A DNA stretch of 64,000 bases from contig JAHEDJ010000007.1 in the NCBI GenBank assembly GCA_024641325.1, forward strand, positions 3,008-67,007, read 5' to 3'. A program made the position numbers and the translations under genes. A model generated the notes under the pieces. That model ran no database searches. It saw nothing but the letters and a program-made list of their open reading frames with translations, and was not told the DNA's origin. Below, piece after piece: positions 28,835-38,909 of the stretch (positions are counted from its first letter, which is position 1; the number at the start of each line of letters is the position of its first letter). This DNA is from a bacterium. Lineage in GTDB: Bacteria; Actinomycetota; Acidimicrobiia; Spongiisociales; JAHEDJ01.

Positions 28835-30099
28835 TGTCCGGCCTTTCCGCGCGGGAGCAAGAGCTTGTCGCGGCGATCGACGAGGGCCGGCTGGCAAGCG
28901 AGTTGAAGGCACTAGTCCAGATCCGCTCTATTACAGGATCTGAGGACGAGGCGCAGAACGCTTGCGCAGACTTGATGGGCGAGGCCGGTTTGGCCGTACG
29001 ACGAATCGAAACCGATCCGATCGCTCTCCAGTCCGATCCCGATTGGCCTGGACAGGAGATGGAGCGTTCGACTCTACCGGTCGTAGAAGGAAGCCTCGGG
29101 GATCACGCCGGCAAGCGCATCTTGCTCGTGGGACACGTCGATGTGGTGCCGCCCGGGGATCCCGTCAAGTGGACGAAACCCATCTGGGACGGACTGGTTG
29201 AAGACGGCAACCTCTTCGGTCGCGGGTCTGTCGACATGAAGGGTGGAGTGGTCTCGATCATTGCCGCGGTGCGGGCCCTCAACGAGAGCGGCCTGACGGG
29301 CAGGCTCGAGGGCTCCGTCGCGGTGGCGACGGTACCTTCCGAAGAGGACGGCGGACAGGGAATGCTGGCGGCGATTCGTGCCGGCGTGACCGGTGATGCG
29401 GCTGTGATTACCGAGCCGACCCGGTTGGATATCGCAGTTGCCCATGCAGGCTCTATTACGTTCCGCCTTGGGATTCCGGGCCGTGCTGCGCATGCTTCGA
29501 TGCGACGGGAAGGCGTGTCGGCGCTTCACAAGCTAGGACTGTTGCTCGAAGCGCTCGACCAGGACGAGGCATCCCGGAACGCGGCCGTGGTCGACCGGCG
29601 TATGAGTTCGCTAGGACTCCCGTATCCGACCATTGTCGGGAAGGTCCGCGGCGGCGACTGGGCGTCCACCGTGATGGACCACCTCGTTGTGGACGGGCGG
29701 TATGGAGTGAAGCTAGGCCAGACAACTGGCGAAGCTGAAGAAGACCTGCGGGAATGCCTCCAGGTCACCTGGGACCGGGACGAGTTTCTCCAGAACTATC
29801 CGCTGGACCTCGAGATAACGGGAGGCAAGTTCGCGTCATCCTCGATCCCGGACGGTCACAGCCTTCCACAGACGCTCCGCTCCGTTGTCACCGATTCTCT
29901 CGGGAAGGAATCACAGCTTATCGGGGTACCTTACGGAGCCGATATGCGCCTGCTGATTCAGCATGCCGGAGTTCCAACCGTCATGTTTGGCCCGGGGGAT
30001 GTTGCGGTTGCCCATTCGGCCGATGAGCATGTGCCCCTCGCGGATGTCGCCGATTGTGCCAGGGCACTGGCGGTCTACCTGCTGAGGGAACTCAGCTAG
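28834..30099 (+). CDS. M20 ArgE/DapE-family deacylase
   Basis: GHVDVVP, GRGSVDMKGG, EEDGG, AHSADE; ATG 28834 overlaps the upstream stop. Confidence 0.88.
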   Translation: MSGLSAREQELVAAIDEGRLASELKALVQIRSITGSEDEAQNACADLMGEAGLAVRRIETDPIALQSDPDWPGQEMERSTLPVVEGSLGDHAGKRILLVGHVDVVPPGDPVKWTKPIWDGLVEDGNLFGRGSVDMKGGVVSIIAAVRALNESGLTGRLEGSVAVATVPSEEDGGQGMLAAIRAGVTGDAAVITEPTRLDIAVAHAGSITFRLGIPGRAAHASMRREGVSALHKLGLLLEALDQDEASRNAAVVDRRMSSLGLPYPTIVGKVRGGDWASTVMDHLVVDGRYGVKLGQTTGEAEEDLRECLQVTWDRDEFLQNYPLDLEITGGKFASSSIPDGHSLPQTLRSVVTDSLGKESQLIGVPYGADMRLLIQHAGVPTVMFGPGDVAVAHSADEHVPLADVADCARALAVYLLRELS

Positions 30100-30242
30100 A
30101 ACGCTGCGCAGGGTATTCTCCCCCAACCCCCAGCGGGGAGCTGGTCTCGCCGGCAGGCGAGAGCGAACTCCGAACTACACCGGATGCTCAAGTTCCTCGG
30201 GCGGCTTCCGATACCTGTGTGTTGGCACCAATGGAGGTAGAA

Positions 30243-31460
30243 GTGGGTACCGGCACGTTCCACCGCTGCGCCGCGGGCGCGGCGGCTCTTCTCATTGCAG
30301 TGAGCTTCACCGTCGTACCGGTTCCGCCGGCGTCGGGAGCAGAGCTCTATCCGATGATCTTTCCAGTATTGGGGCCGAACCACTACACGGATACTTTCGA
30401 CGCGGCAAGGTCCGGCGGTCGCACTCATCAAGCGACGGACATCATGGCCGACAAGATGATTCCCGTCGTAGCTGCTGCGTCCGGCACCGTCGGCTGGATG
30501 CAGGATGTTGTCGGCGGAAGCTGCTGTGCCATGGCTCTCCACCACGATGACGGATGGTCGAGCTGGTACATCCATCTGAACAACGACACACCGGGAACCG
30601 ACGACGGTCTCGGCTTCGGGTTCGCGGAAGGCATCACGTCGGGCGTGCACGTGGCGGCCGGCCAGCTCATCGGATGGGTGGGTGACAGCGGCAATGCCGA
30701 GCAGGTTGGGTCGCATCTGCACTTTGAGTTGCACCGCCCCGACGACACCAGGTTCAACCCCTACGAAAGCCTGCTCGCCGCGACGGTCGTAAGTCAGCCG
30801 ATCGTCGGAAACGATCAGGACGGTGACGGCGTCGATGATCCGCTCGATAACTGTCCTGCCGTTCCGAACCCTCATCAGTCGGATTCGGACGGGAATGGTA
30901 TCGGCGACAAATGTGACCCATGGGCGGACGTTCCGATCGATTACTGGGCCCGCGCCTCCATTGACACTCTCTTTGGGGAGGGGATAACGGTCGGGTGCTC
31001 GACCGATCCGCTTCGCTTCTGCCCCGAGGGCGCTTTGACCAGAGCCGAGATGGCGACGTTCCTTCTGCGCGCGGTAGGTGGAACACCCGCGACACCCAGC
31101 GGGTATTTTGCCGATGCCCCGGCCGGCAGTTGGTACTTACCCTTCATCGAATCGCTCTACGACCTCGGTATCACAGAGGGCTGTGATACCAACCCACTCA
31201 CCTTCTGCCCGGAAGAACAGGTCAGCCGCGCTCACATCACGACCTTCCTGATCCGGTCGATTGGGGAGAGCCCCGCCGACGCGTATCACGGCTATTTCAC
31301 CGATGTCCCCGAGGGCGCCTGGTACACACCGTTCGTCGAGCGCCTATTCGAGCTCGGGATCGTCGGCGGGTCCGACGACGGGACGTTCGGGCCGAACGAG
31401 ATAATCACGAGGGCCGAAATGGCGGTTCTGGTGGACACAGCGTTGGTGTCGGGCCGCTAG
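30243..31460 (+). CDS. secreted M23 peptidase + thrombospondin type-3-like repeat + 3 SLH domains
   Basis: HQATD, YIHL, HLHFE; DQDGDGVDDPLDNCP..DSDGNGIGDKCD; TRAEMA/SRAHIT/TRAEMA SLH repeats. Confidence 0.87.
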   Translation: MGTGTFHRCAAGAAALLIAVSFTVVPVPPASGAELYPMIFPVLGPNHYTDTFDAARSGGRTHQATDIMADKMIPVVAAASGTVGWMQDVVGGSCCAMALHHDDGWSSWYIHLNNDTPGTDDGLGFGFAEGITSGVHVAAGQLIGWVGDSGNAEQVGSHLHFELHRPDDTRFNPYESLLAATVVSQPIVGNDQDGDGVDDPLDNCPAVPNPHQSDSDGNGIGDKCDPWADVPIDYWARASIDTLFGEGITVGCSTDPLRFCPEGALTRAEMATFLLRAVGGTPATPSGYFADAPAGSWYLPFIESLYDLGITEGCDTNPLTFCPEEQVSRAHITTFLIRSIGESPADAYHGYFTDVPEGAWYTPFVERLFELGIVGGSDDGTFGPNEIITRAEMAVLVDTALVSGR

Positions 31461-31513
31461 CTGCGCCCGCCGGCCAACGGCCACTGGCCAGAGGCCCATC
31501 GCGAATCGCGACT

Positions 31514-33382
31514 TCATCCTCCCGCCACGAACTCCAACACCGTGGCCGCAATCGACTCCGCGTCGAGGCCGACCGACTTCAGGACATCTGCTGCAGATCC
31601 CGGCGGCAAGAAAGAATCAGGCAAGCCGAGTACACGGATTCGGTCGGCTAGACCATGGGGACTCACCGCCTCGAGCACTCCGGCGCCGAAACCGCCGCTG
31701 ACGACGTTGTCTTCAAGGGTTACGACCAGTGGATACGAGCGCACCCAATCGAGCAAACGCTCGTCCATTGGCTTGACCCAGCGGGCATTGACTACGCCGG
31801 CCGACACGCCCTTCTGGCCCAGCGTTGATGCCGCCTTCTGTGCGTGTTCGACCATGCGGCCGGTGGCCAGCATCAGAACCTGCGAACCGGAATCTATCTC
31901 TTCCCACACTCCGATCTCGATCGGATCGACCGGCAGTGAAGGAACGCTTCCGGCCCCGTTCTTGGGAAACCTTATGGCCATTGGACCATCGTGCCGGATT
32001 CCGGCAGCGACCATCGCACACAGCTCGTATGCATCTGACGGTGCGCCGATGGTCATTCCCGGAATCATCCGCAGGAAGGACAAGTCGAACGCTCCGTGGT
32101 GGGACGGGCCGTCCGGGCCCGTTACACCGGCTCTGTCCAGCAGGAAGGTCACCGGCAGGTTGTGCAGGGCCACGTCCATCATCAGCTCATCGAAAGCCCG
32201 CTGCATGAAGGTTGAGTAGAGAGCGACAACAGGCCGTTTGCCGCTCATCGCCAGTCCCGCTGCCAGCGCGACGGCATGCTGCTCCGTTATGCCGGTATCA
32301 ATGACTCGATCGGGGAACTCGTCCGCCATTTCACTCAGACCTGTCGGAGAGATCATGGCCGCACTTATCGCGATGATGTCTTCGTTCTTCCTGGCTTCAT
32401 GCAACACCGCCCCGGCGGCGATGTTCGTCATCTTCAGCTCCGAACTGGTCGGCTTCCCCGATTCGACGTCGAAAGTTCCCACTCCGTGCAACTTCTCGAC
32501 CTCGTCGTTGATGGCCGGCTCATAGCCGCGCCCTTTCTCGGTGATCACGTGAACGATGGCGGGCTCACCCATGTCCTTGGCGTGTTCAAAAGCTTCCTCC
32601 AGCGCTTCGAAGTCATGACCGTCGAGCGTGCCAGAGTATTTCAGTCCCAGAACATCGAAGAAAGTGGCAGGCTCCACAAGCTGCTTGAAACCCTCCTTGA
32701 CCCGGAAGGCCAGTTCATCGGCCGTATCGCCCACGATCGGAAGGCTGCGGAGTATTCGTCCCATCAGCTTCTTGGCGTGCTCGTAGCGCGGGTCGAATCG
32801 CAGATGAGCGAGCGCGGCGAGCCCACCCACCGTTGGTGCATAAGAACGCCCGTTGTCGTTGACGACGATGATCAAGTTTGGCGGTTTGGAGACGGCGATG
32901 TGGTTGAGAGCCTCGTAGGCGACGCCGCCGGTCAACGCCCCGTCTCCGATCACGGCGATCGTGTAGCGCCCGTTGCCTTCCGCCGCGTTGGCGATGGCAT
33001 TGCCGAGGCCGTAGCTGAGCGCCACGGAGGCGTGGCTGTTCTCGACGAAGTCGTGCTCGCTCTCCGTGCGGCTCGGATACCCGGCCATCCCCCCGAAGCT
33101 TCGCAGTGTGTCGAACCCATCCTGGCGGCCGGTAACGATCTTGTGGACGTACGCCTGGTGTCCGACATCCCAGTAGATCCGGTCGGTGGGGCTGTCGAAT
33201 ACACGGTGAAGGGCGAGTGTCAACTCAACGATGCCGAGATTCGGTGAAAGGTGGCCGCCGGTCCGTGAGATCTTTTCGATCATGAACTCGCGAATTTCCG
33301 AAGCCAGTTGCTCGAGTTCGTCTCGACCGAGAGCCCGCAGATCGGCGGGTTCCTTTATCTGGTTGAGGAGTTCTGAGGTCAC
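31514..33382 (-). CDS. dxs: 1-deoxy-D-xylulose-5-phosphate synthase
   Basis: GGHLSPNLG, WDVGHQAY, IGDGALTGG, GITEQHAV, DRAGVTGPDGPSHHG. Confidence 0.96.
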   Translation of the reverse strand: MTSELLNQIKEPADLRALGRDELEQLASEIREFMIEKISRTGGHLSPNLGIVELTLALHRVFDSPTDRIYWDVGHQAYVHKIVTGRQDGFDTLRSFGGMAGYPSRTESEHDFVENSHASVALSYGLGNAIANAAEGNGRYTIAVIGDGALTGGVAYEALNHIAVSKPPNLIIVVNDNGRSYAPTVGGLAALAHLRFDPRYEHAKKLMGRILRSLPIVGDTADELAFRVKEGFKQLVEPATFFDVLGLKYSGTLDGHDFEALEEAFEHAKDMGEPAIVHVITEKGRGYEPAINDEVEKLHGVGTFDVESGKPTSSELKMTNIAAGAVLHEARKNEDIIAISAAMISPTGLSEMADEFPDRVIDTGITEQHAVALAAGLAMSGKRPVVALYSTFMQRAFDELMMDVALHNLPVTFLLDRAGVTGPDGPSHHGAFDLSFLRMIPGMTIGAPSDAYELCAMVAAGIRHDGPMAIRFPKNGAGSVPSLPVDPIEIGVWEEIDSGSQVLMLATGRMVEHAQKAASTLGQKGVSAGVVNARWVKPMDERLLDWVRSYPLVVTLEDNVVSGGFGAGVLEAVSPHGLADRIRVLGLPDSFLPPGSAADVLKSVGLDAESIAATVLEFVAGG

Positions 33383-33600
33383 GCTTCACTACCTGTTGGG
33401 AGGCAAAGATTTCGTCGGCCGTTCCGCCCGGATCACGGCTTGGAATGAGGGCCACAGCCTAGCGTGGCAACGGGTCTCTGGTCACCTCGCACTTGGAATA
33501 GGTCCCACTTTCGGTTGAAGCGGCCGCCAAAGCGAGTCTATGGTGGAAGCCAATATCGGGGAGGACTACTCACCCGAGTTCCCTTTGTGGGAGGAGCGGA

Positions 33601-34743
33601 ATGAATCTCAAGAAACTGATCGCGTTACTGGCGGTGTTTGCTCTCATCCTGGCGGCTTGTGATGCCGGCGGTGGTGGCGACGATGAAACAACGCCAACGA
33701 CTGCAGCCACGGACGACGGCGGCGGCACCGATGACGGCGGCGGCACCGACGACGGCGGCGGCGATACTGGGGCGCAGACCGGTGGCAACCTCCTCGAGGA
33801 AGTCATCGCACGCGGCACGCTCAACTGCGGCGTGAACGAGACCTTGCCTGGCTTCGGCTCGAAGGACGAGGCCGGTGCTTTTGTCGGGTTCGACGTCGAT
33901 CTATGCCGGGCAGTAGCCGCGGCAGTGTTGGGCGACTCCGAAGCTGTTGAATACACGGCTCTGACGGCCGCGCAGCGCTTCGAGGCATTGTCCTCGGGCT
34001 CAATCGACATGCTCAGCCGTAACACGACTTGGACTCAGAGCCGTGACGGCGAGCTGGGTGTGGACTTCGCTCCGACAACGTACTACGACGGCCAGCAGGT
34101 CATGGCTCGCTCGGCAGACGGATTCGACAGCGGTTCGGGTTTGTCCGATCTGGCCGGTGCCGTTGTGTGCACGAACGCCGGTACGACGACCGAGAAGAAC
34201 ATCACCGAAGCCATGCAGGCAGCTGGTGCGGACTTCACGCTGACCACCTTCGAGGACTTCAACATCGTGTTGGAGAACTTCAAGAGCGGCGCCTGCGACG
34301 CGGTCACGACCGACGGTTCTGGTCTCATCTCGAGGAAGTCCACCGATGAGCCGGCTCCCGGCGACTGGGTGATCTTCCCTGCTGTGCCGATCTCCAAGGA
34401 GCCACTCGGTCCCGGCGTCGCCCAGGGTGACGCGAAGTGGGCCGATGCGGTCAACTGGACGATGTACGCATTGATCATCGCCGAAGAGCAGGGGATCACC
34501 TCTGCCAACGTCGACGACATGCTGGCCAACCCGCCGAATGGTGAGGTTCAGCGTCTGCTCGGTGGCGAGGAAGAGAAGCAGACGGCCATGGGCCTGCCTG
34601 CCGATGCTTTCTACAACGTCATCAAGCAGGTCGGAAACTACGGTGAGATCTTCGACACGCACCTCTCGGTGCTGGGGCTCGAACGTGGCCTCAACGCCCT
34701 GTGGAGTGACGGTGGCCTGCTCTACGCACCACCGGCGAGGTAA
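33601..34743 (+). CDS. aapJ: general L-amino acid ABC substrate-binding lipoprotein (AapJ/BztA)
   Basis: CGVN..LPGF, GFDVDLCRAVAAA, RNTTWT..RD, ISKEPLGP, VGNYGE. Confidence 0.9.
   Translation: MNLKKLIALLAVFALILAACDAGGGGDDETTPTTAATDDGGGTDDGGGTDDGGGDTGAQTGGNLLEEVIARGTLNCGVNETLPGFGSKDEAGAFVGFDVDLCRAVAAAVLGDSEAVEYTALTAAQRFEALSSGSIDMLSRNTTWTQSRDGELGVDFAPTTYYDGQQVMARSADGFDSGSGLSDLAGAVVCTNAGTTTEKNITEAMQAAGADFTLTTFEDFNIVLENFKSGACDAVTTDGSGLISRKSTDEPAPGDWVIFPAVPISKEPLGPGVAQGDAKWADAVNWTMYALIIAEEQGITSANVDDMLANPPNGEVQRLLGGEEEKQTAMGLPADAFYNVIKQVGNYGEIFDTHLSVLGLERGLNALWSDGGLLYAPPAR
33709..33762 (+). repeat. in-frame 18-bp tandem repeat x3 (TDDGGG)
   Basis: acggacgacggcggcggc accgatgacggcggcggc accgacgacggcggcggc. 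Confidence 0.9.
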
Positions 34744-34758
34744 TAACTAGAGGAAATC

Positions 34759-34786
34759 GTGAGGGGGCGCGCGAGCGCCCCCTCAC
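34759..34786 (+). terminator. GC-rich hairpin with GCGA tetraloop after aapJ (mRNA stabiliser or partial terminator)
   Basis: gtgagggggcgc-gcga-gcgccccctcac. Confidence 0.7.
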
Positions 34787-34813
34787 CAGAACCAACACAC
34801 TCGGAGGAGTTAC

Positions 34814-36340
34814 TTGACGCAGACGGCCGCTCCGAAAGCAGCTCACGAGCGACCCCCATTCTGGCGGGACGCAACAGTTCTGAAGTGGGCTGCTCAGATT
34901 GCCGTTCTCCTCGGACTCGTCTTTGTAGCGGTAATCGCCGCTCGCAGCGCAGCCAGGAACCTCGAGGCCCAGGGGCTCACCTTCTCATGGCGGTTCCTGA
35001 GCGATCCTCCAGGAATTCAACTCTCAGAAGGCTTTGCGACCCTGCCCGATTCGGGGCTTGAAGCAATCCTGGTCGGCGTCGTCAACATGTTGCGGGTCAC
35101 CGCCTCCGGTGTTGTGGCCGCCACGATCCTCGGGGTCGTAATAGGTATTGCCAGGCTCTCTTCCAACTGGTTGGTGAACAAATCTTCGACCGTCTACGTC
35201 GAGACGATTCGCAACATTCCACTCTTGCTCCAGATTGTGTTCTGGGCTGCGGTTTTCGTCTCTTTCCCCAGTCTGGAGTCGGAGGGTTCGGGTCCCATCG
35301 AGGGGTGGCTGTACGCCACGAACAAGGGCCTGTCGATTCCGTGGTTCTTCCCGCGTGAGGCGTTCTGGCAATGGGCCGTCTTCCTACTTGCCGGTGCGAT
35401 CGCCGCCCGGTTTGTGTTCAGGTGGCGGATCAAGGTCCTGGAGGAAACCGGGCACGACGCCCATGCCGTGGGGTATTCGCTCGCCGCCTTTCTGGCGTTC
35501 GCCTTCGTCGGCTGGTTTGCGCACCCCCTCGCCGGAGCGATTGGATGGATCTTCGGCGGCCTGGCATGGCTGTTCGGCAGCATACCGGTGCTGCTAATGC
35601 AGATCGTTTTGGCGGCTCTGGCAGTTGGCCTGGCCGCCTGGTGGATCAAACGATTCCTCGACTCGTTGCGGAGCCCGGCCGGCCTGGCGCGGCTCACCGA
35701 CGATGACATCTTCCGTATGGGTCTCGCCGGCGCGATGGGTCTGGTGGCGGCCGTCGTCTTCTTCTTGGTCCCGGGGATCACCGAAGGCATCAACCTCGGA
35801 CTCGAGCGCCTATTCGAATTCTGGGATACCAAATTCGACTTTCTTAGAACCGGCACCGTGCTCGAATTCGGACGCCCCACCGTGGAAACACCGGGACGCT
35901 TTGCCGGCTTCGGGTTGACCGGCATGACGATGAGTGGCCCCTTCTTCGGTGTGTGGATGGGCGTAACGCTCTACACGGCGGCGTTCATTGCTGAGATCGT
36001 GCGCGGTGGCATCTTGGCCGTCGCCAAGGGACAAACTGAGGCCGGACTGGCGCTGGGCCTCAAGCGGGGCCAGCTGTTGCGGATGATCGTCCTGCCGCAG
36101 GCATTTCGCATCATCCTCCCGCCGATGGGCAACCAGTACCTCAATCTGGCCAAGAACACATCTCTCGGAATCGCGGTGGGATACGCCGAGGTAGTCGCAG
36201 TCGGGCAGACCCTCTTCAATCAGACCGGTGCAACGATTCAAGTCATCCTGATCTGGATGGGTTTCTATCTGCTGGTCAGCTTGATTCTTTCCGCCATTGT
36301 CAACTGGTACAACCGTCGAGTCGCACTGGTGGAGCGCTAA
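34814..36340 (+). CDS. aapQ: amino acid ABC permease (AapQ-like, elongated)
   Basis: VETIRNIPLLLQ, AEIVRGGILAV, NLAKNTSLG. Confidence 0.85.
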   Translation: MTQTAAPKAAHERPPFWRDATVLKWAAQIAVLLGLVFVAVIAARSAARNLEAQGLTFSWRFLSDPPGIQLSEGFATLPDSGLEAILVGVVNMLRVTASGVVAATILGVVIGIARLSSNWLVNKSSTVYVETIRNIPLLLQIVFWAAVFVSFPSLESEGSGPIEGWLYATNKGLSIPWFFPREAFWQWAVFLLAGAIAARFVFRWRIKVLEETGHDAHAVGYSLAAFLAFAFVGWFAHPLAGAIGWIFGGLAWLFGSIPVLLMQIVLAALAVGLAAWWIKRFLDSLRSPAGLARLTDDDIFRMGLAGAMGLVAAVVFFLVPGITEGINLGLERLFEFWDTKFDFLRTGTVLEFGRPTVETPGRFAGFGLTGMTMSGPFFGVWMGVTLYTAAFIAEIVRGGILAVAKGQTEAGLALGLKRGQLLRMIVLPQAFRIILPPMGNQYLNLAKNTSLGIAVGYAEVVAVGQTLFNQTGATIQVILIWMGFYLLVSLILSAIVNWYNRRVALVER

Positions 36341-38088
36341 TGACCGACCCGATCGTCAACGAAGTACAGGAGTCCGAGAGCGCTCCCGAGAAGCCGTCGG
36401 CCGGCGCGATTCGTTGGGCGAAGGAGAACCTCTTCTCGTCGGTAATCAACTCGATCCTCTCGCTCTTGATGCTCGCCATCATCGTGCTCTTCGTAAGAGG
36501 ACTATTGAGTTATCTGTTCTCCGAGGAGCGGCTGTGGAACGTCATCCCGCGGAACATGAAGCTCTATTGGACCGAGGCATACCCGGTGGCCGAGATGACC
36601 CGGACCTGGGTTTCGCTCGGGGTTGTCGTTGTTCTCACCGGACTCAGCCTGGCGGTTTGGAGGGTCGGTGGCAGAACCTCTCCTCGTCAGTTCGGGCGTA
36701 CTCTCACCTCACTGGGTATTGCCGGCCTCGTGCTCGCCATCCTCGCTGACGCGTCGGCAGGAATCCGGATCGGCGCGGCAGTGGTTGGCGCCGTTCTGAT
36801 CCTGGCCGGACAAGCCGTTCGTCTGATGGCAGGCCCCGGTTTCAAAGAAGAAACGATCCACATTCGCAGCATCCTGCTCGGTGTCCTGGCGATCATCGGG
36901 GGCATCGTCTGGATTCTGCCTATCGAGTCGGGTACCAAGGTCAGCTTGAGCATCCAGGGTGTTCTGCTGGTGGTTTCCTATCTATTGGGTGGGTTGATAA
37001 CGAGTCGGGTATCCGGCGGGCTTGCACGAGGCGCTCTCGTTGGATTGTGGATGCTGTCGCTGCCGGTCATCTATCTGGTCATCCAGCGGGCCCCGGTTGT
37101 TGCCGACGTGCCGCTGATGTCGGTGTTCCTGCCATCGGTGGTCGGTTTCATAGTTGTCGGCGGAGCCTTTCTGTGGTGGGCAGGATCCGGTAAGGCTGGA
37201 GAGCCGGGACGCCTTGCTGCCGGTGTCGTTGTACTGGCCGCCCTGGGGTCATGGGCGGTCTCCCTGCCGATGCTCGTGCGGTTCCTCCTTCTCGGTCTGG
37301 CAACGTTCGCCCTCGCTGCACCAACTTTCGGGGGAACCTCGAAAGCGCAGAAGAACATCGTCGTTGCCTGGTCGGCCGGGGTTTTGCTCACGGCCTACTT
37401 CATGGCGATGATGCAGGCGGATACCGGCCTCGAGGGACTCCAGGGAGAGTTCATCGGCGGCCTCAACCTGACCTTCCTACTCGCTCTCGCCGGTCTGGCG
37501 ATCTCTTTCCCGATCGGCATCATGCTCGCCCTCGGCCGTACCTCATCCATGCCCATCTTCCGATTGCTGAGCACCGGCTACATCGAGACGGTCCGCGGGG
37601 TTCCTCTCATTACCGTGCTCTTCTTCGCCAACCTGGTGATCAACCGGTTCCTTCCGCGTGAAGTGGAACTGGACGATGTTGTGAAGGCGATCGTGGCCGT
37701 CGCGCTCTTCTCGGCGGCCTACCTGGCCGAGAACGTCCGTGGTGGCCTTCAGTCGATTCCAAAAGGCCAGTACGAGGCGGCCAAGGCGATGGGTTTGTCG
37801 ACCGTGCAGACGACGGTCTTCATCACCCTTCCGCAGGCTTTGCGGTCGGTCATCCCTGCACTGGTCGGCCAGGTCATTTCGCTGTTCAAAGACACGTCGC
37901 TCGTGGCGATCATCGGCTTGGCCGACTTCCTGCGGGTGGCTCGCGACATCGTGCCTAATCAGCCGGCGTCGCTCGGAAGCCTCCGGGAGAGCCTGCTCTT
38001 TGCGATGGTGATCTACTGGATCTTCACATTCAATGTCAGTCGCGCCAGCCTGAGGCTGGAGCGAAAGCTCGGCGTCGGCGAGCGGTAA
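36340..38088 (+). CDS. aapM: amino acid ABC permease (AapM-like, elongated)
   Basis: WAKENLFSS, IETVRGVPLIT, AENVRGGLQSIPKGQYEAA, KDTSLV. Confidence 0.85.
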   Translation: MTDPIVNEVQESESAPEKPSAGAIRWAKENLFSSVINSILSLLMLAIIVLFVRGLLSYLFSEERLWNVIPRNMKLYWTEAYPVAEMTRTWVSLGVVVVLTGLSLAVWRVGGRTSPRQFGRTLTSLGIAGLVLAILADASAGIRIGAAVVGAVLILAGQAVRLMAGPGFKEETIHIRSILLGVLAIIGGIVWILPIESGTKVSLSIQGVLLVVSYLLGGLITSRVSGGLARGALVGLWMLSLPVIYLVIQRAPVVADVPLMSVFLPSVVGFIVVGGAFLWWAGSGKAGEPGRLAAGVVVLAALGSWAVSLPMLVRFLLLGLATFALAAPTFGGTSKAQKNIVVAWSAGVLLTAYFMAMMQADTGLEGLQGEFIGGLNLTFLLALAGLAISFPIGIMLALGRTSSMPIFRLLSTGYIETVRGVPLITVLFFANLVINRFLPREVELDDVVKAIVAVALFSAAYLAENVRGGLQSIPKGQYEAAKAMGLSTVQTTVFITLPQALRSVIPALVGQVISLFKDTSLVAIIGLADFLRVARDIVPNQPASLGSLRESLLFAMVIYWIFTFNVSRASLRLERKLGVGER

Positions 38089-38100
38089 GCGGAGGTAAAT

Positions 38101-38841
38101 GTGCCAGGCGATAAAGACATCATCATCAGCGAGGGCGTCAAGAAGTGGTTTGGGGACTTCCAGGCCCTCAAAGGTGTTGACCTCCGGGTCAAAGAAGGTG
38201 AAGTTGTCGTCATCATCGGTCCGTCCGGGTCTGGCAAGTCAACTTTCATTCGCTGCATCAACCGTCTCGAGGTTCACCAAGAGGGCCGCATCGTCGTCGA
38301 TGATGTGGAGCTGACCAACGATCTGCGCAATATCGAGAAAATACGCTCCGACGTCGGCATGGTGTTCCAGCAATTCAATCTGTTCCCACACCTGACCGTC
38401 ATGCAGAACATCACTCTTGCCCCCATCTGGGTTCGCAAGCACACGAGAGCCGACGCGGAAGCGACCGCGATGGCCTTGCTGGAACGGGTCGGCATCCCCG
38501 AACAGGCAGAAAAGTTCCCCGGCCAGCTCTCCGGCGGCCAGCAACAGCGTGTGGCGATCGCCCGTTCGTTGGCGATGGAACCCCGGATCATGCTCTTCGA
38601 CGAGCCGACCTCCGCGCTCGATCCCGAGATGATCAAGGAGGTTCTGGACGTCATGAAGGAGCTCGCTCAGTCGGGTATGACGATGCTCGTCGTCACCCAT
38701 GAGATGGGATTCGCCAAGGAAGTCGCCGACCGGGTTCTGTTCTTCGACTACGGCGCCATCGTCGAAGCCGGTACGCCCGAGCACTTTTTCACGAGCCCCG
38801 AGCACGACCGAACGAAGCTGTTCCTGAGCCAGATTCTCTGA
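38101..38841 (+). CDS. aapP: amino acid ABC ATP-binding protein
   Basis: [34 protein letters not shown]. Confidence 0.92.
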   Translation: MPGDKDIIISEGVKKWFGDFQALKGVDLRVKEGEVVVIIGPSGSGKSTFIRCINRLEVHQEGRIVVDDVELTNDLRNIEKIRSDVGMVFQQFNLFPHLTVMQNITLAPIWVRKHTRADAEATAMALLERVGIPEQAEKFPGQLSGGQQQRVAIARSLAMEPRIMLFDEPTSALDPEMIKEVLDVMKELAQSGMTMLVVTHEMGFAKEVADRVLFFDYGAIVEAGTPEHFFTSPEHDRTKLFLSQIL

Positions 38842-38909
38842 GCACGCGGGCAGTTGCCGTTTTCCGGGATGGCGGTATCCGATCGCATGGCCGCCCGATA
38901 ACACGCCGA

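Noticed and set aside
30100-30242. c-di-AMP (ydaO) riboswitch upstream of the M23 peptidase
   Set aside because: The conserved elements (GCTGAATCC, GGGGTGAA, AACCCGTCAGC) are not seen
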